Source: Prasinococcaceae sp. CCMP 1430
Taxonomy: Eukaryota; Plantae; Prasinodermophyta
Reading direction: 5' to 3'
Length of the DNA stretch: 17,555 bases
Assembly: GCA_013416795.1 (NCBI GenBank)
Contig: RQSC01001361.1
Span: 2,919-20,473 of the forward strand
Position numbers and translations under genes: made by a program. The notes beneath the pieces were generated by a model. That model was not told where the DNA came from. It did no database searches and saw nothing but the letters and a program-made list of their open reading frames with translations. Of this stretch, positions 15,474-17,555 are shown one piece after another. Position 1 is the stretch's first letter; every line of letters starts with the position of its first letter.

Positions 15474-16949
15474 ATGCCGCCCCACACGGGCCTGCACATG
15501 GGCCACGCCGCCACCACGGGCGACCTGGTCCGCCTGGGCCGCATGGTGAGCACCATGTCGGCCGTCCCCGCCGCCTCCGACGGGGCGCGCGGGCCGACAA
15601 CGCCGCCGCTCACGCCGGGGGCCGAAGGTGAGCCCCCCGCCGCCGGCGCCAAGGCGCCCTTCCTGCCGGCGGACGCGGCCTCCAAGTTTCTCAACGCGGA
15701 CGACCTGCCCACGTCGGTCCTCCCGACCATGCGCTTCGACCCGGCCTTCAACGAGCCGCTCTCGTCGCGCATGGGCAGGCGCGTGGTCAGCTGCGGGGAC
15801 CTCGCGTCGCTGTCGCGCAGGCAGTCGCGCGTGAACCTCGAGGCGCTCGGCGGCTCGCCCCCCCGCGCCGACGGCGCGAGTGCGGATGGCTCGCCGCCGC
15901 CCGCCATGTCCCCCTCGGGATCCGACGCGTCGCTCTTCGACGCGACGCTCCTCGAGCGCTGGGAGGACCACCTGGCGGAGGGCCGCTTCCGCTACGACGT
16001 GACCGACTGCCCGACCAAGACGCTCGAGGGGCGCTTCCGCTTCATCATGCAGCTCAACCTGGGGCGCGCGTCCAAGAAGCGCCAGACCGAGTTCTCCGCC
16101 GACAACGTGGTGCAGTCCTTCGACGGGTCCAAGTTCAACTTCACCAAGGCGCGCCAGAACGAGATGGTGTTCTCCTTCCAGCCGACCCTGCCGCTCCACC
16201 GCACGGTCATGCGCAAGTCGCCCTCCATGGCCGAGTTCTCCAACGCGCAGACCGCCGAGGAGGCGCCCAACTGCGTGCTCATCAACGTGTCCCCCATCGA
16301 GTACGGCCACGTGCTGCTCGTGCCGCGCATCACCGACTGCCTGCCGCAGCAGATCACGCTCGACACGCTGCACCTCGCGCTGCACATGGCCGCCGAGTCC
16401 AACAACGAGCACTTCCGCATCGGCTTCAACTCGCTGGGCGCGTACGCCACCATCAACCACCTGCACTTCCAGGGCTACTACCTCTGGCAGAATTTCCCGG
16501 TGGAGCTCGCCGCGACGGCGCCGATGTTCAAGGCGAGCGGCGTGACGGTCGCGCGCACCGTCGACTACCCCGTGCGCGTGCTCGTGTGCTCCGCCCGCGA
16601 CAGCGGCGCCAACCTGAAGGAGCTCGCGCGCGTCGTGTCGCACATGTGCGAGGCGTTCCAGGCGACCAACACGCCCTTCAACCTGCTCATCACGGAGAGC
16701 GGGCGCTGCATCTACGTCATCCCCCAGCGCTTCTCGCGCGCCATCGCCAACGGCGAGGTGCCGCAGGACGTCATCGACACCGGCGTCAACCCGGCCGTGT
16801 TCGAGATCGCGGGGCACATGGTGCTCAAGAGGCAGGAGGACTACGACCAGCTCGACGAGCCCAAGACCGTCCGCATGCTCGAGCAGGCGACCCTTTCCGA
16901 GGAGGACTTCGGCTCCATCGCCGCGCGCTTCCAGCGCGACCTCGCGTGA
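15474..16949 (+). CDS. VTC2: GDP-L-galactose phosphorylase (ascorbate biosynthesis), intronless, 491 aa
   Basis: WED...GRFRYDVT.C.TK, QLNLGRASKKRQTEF, FDGSKFNFTK, INVSPIEYGHVLLVP, GFNSLGAYATINHLHFQGYY (HIT-like HLHFQ at 16458-16472), PFNLLI, VNPAVFEIAGHMVLKRQEDY. Confidence 0.95.
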   Translation: MPPHTGLHMGHAATTGDLVRLGRMVSTMSAVPAASDGARGPTTPPLTPGAEGEPPAAGAKAPFLPADAASKFLNADDLPTSVLPTMRFDPAFNEPLSSRMGRRVVSCGDLASLSRRQSRVNLEALGGSPPRADGASADGSPPPAMSPSGSDASLFDATLLERWEDHLAEGRFRYDVTDCPTKTLEGRFRFIMQLNLGRASKKRQTEFSADNVVQSFDGSKFNFTKARQNEMVFSFQPTLPLHRTVMRKSPSMAEFSNAQTAEEAPNCVLINVSPIEYGHVLLVPRITDCLPQQITLDTLHLALHMAAESNNEHFRIGFNSLGAYATINHLHFQGYYLWQNFPVELAATAPMFKASGVTVARTVDYPVRVLVCSARDSGANLKELARVVSHMCEAFQATNTPFNLLITESGRCIYVIPQRFSRAIANGEVPQDVIDTGVNPAVFEIAGHMVLKRQEDYDQLDEPKTVRMLEQATLSEEDFGSIAARFQRDLA

Positions 16950-17045
16950 GCGACTGGCGCGCCGCGGGCCCCGACGGGGCAATGTGGCACGCGAAGGTTT
17001 CGGGCCGGGCTCGGCCCCGCCCACACCGCGTGTGGGCGCGAGGGT

Positions 17046-17136
17046 AGGCGTCTGGAGGGAGGGAGCCAGACATCGTGTCAAGAGCGGGGGAAGGGGGGGG
17101 AAGGAGGGAGGGAGGGAGCGGGGAGAATAGTGGGGA
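17046..17136 (+). repeat. G-rich polypurine tract (potential G-quadruplex) in the VTC2 3' region
   Basis: Multiple GGG+ runs: ggagggagggag...ggggaagggggggg...ggagggagggagggagcggggg. Confidence 0.55.
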
Positions 17137-17187
17137 GCGCAACGACGACGCGCGCGCGAGTGGGCGCGCGCGCCTTTCGGGTGGGTT

Positions 17188-17197
17188 TTACATGTAA
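17188..17197. terminator. Palindromic TTACATGTAA giving a TGTAA poly(A) signal on both strands
   Basis: Read directly, 239 nt downstream of the VTC2 stop in an AT-rich patch. Confidence 0.6.
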
Positions 17198-17555
17198 AGG
17201 CTGCCACCAGCATTCGCATAGTACTGAAGTGCCTCCCGAGACTCGCCGCCGACGGGCGCCGCGGGCGCTCGCGGCGCGAGTGGCACGCGCGCGCCATGCC
17301 AGCCTAGCCCAGCCCCAGGAGCAGACCCGGCCGCGGACGCCGCCCGTCTGCACGCAACGGGCGCGCTTCCATGGGGTCGCGGTCAGAGCCGAAGCGTCTG
17401 GCCATCGTCGGCGCTGCACCCTCCCTTTCTCCGATCACGCGCGCGATGGCACCCCACCTCCAAGCCCCTCATTTCGCGTGCGCCGCCAGCTGTGGGGCGG
17501 GCGTGCCACAGCGCGCCGCGGCGGCAGCCCGCGCGCGCGCGCGCGCGCGCGCGCG

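Noticed and set aside
9329-16949. Glycosyltransferase + cyclophilin + ankyrin + VTC2 as a functional sugar-metabolism cluster
   Set aside because: SGT1-type enzymes use UDP-galactose and VTC2 uses GDP-L-galactose; there is no shared pathway, and adjacency is expected in a compact genome.

Overview
High-GC, intron-poor eukaryotic DNA, most likely a green alga of prasinophyte grade. This is inferred from VTC2, an SGT1-type glycosyltransferase and TGTAA-type poly(A) signals. The scaffold has three long N gaps (3796-4520, 6183-6886, 11844-12341) and three single-N joins (9261, 13234, 14799). Five genes are recognisable: Wee1 kinase (195-1892 +), a GT96/SGT1-like glycosyltransferase with ShKT and C-terminal TM domains (9329-11164 +), a divergent cyclophilin-like protein (-, 5' end in gap), an ankyrin-repeat protein (+, 5' end in gap, one intron) and GDP-L-galactose phosphorylase VTC2 (15474-16949 +). 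Between Wee1 and the glycosyltransferase lies a ~7 kb repeat-rich block. It contains two near-identical >=929-bp direct repeats (each with an 80-bp tandem array, a 24-bp palindrome and telomere-like motifs) around a 21-bp minisatellite, an unknown NLS-bearing acidic ORF and a GT/GC tract, followed by a 189-bp satellite. The two best leads are (1) a divergent but recognisable homolog of the land-plant ascorbate-feedback uORF upstream of VTC2, and (2) the direct-repeat-bounded element with no recognisable transposase or RT. Family assignments rest on motif recognition from memory; no database search was run.
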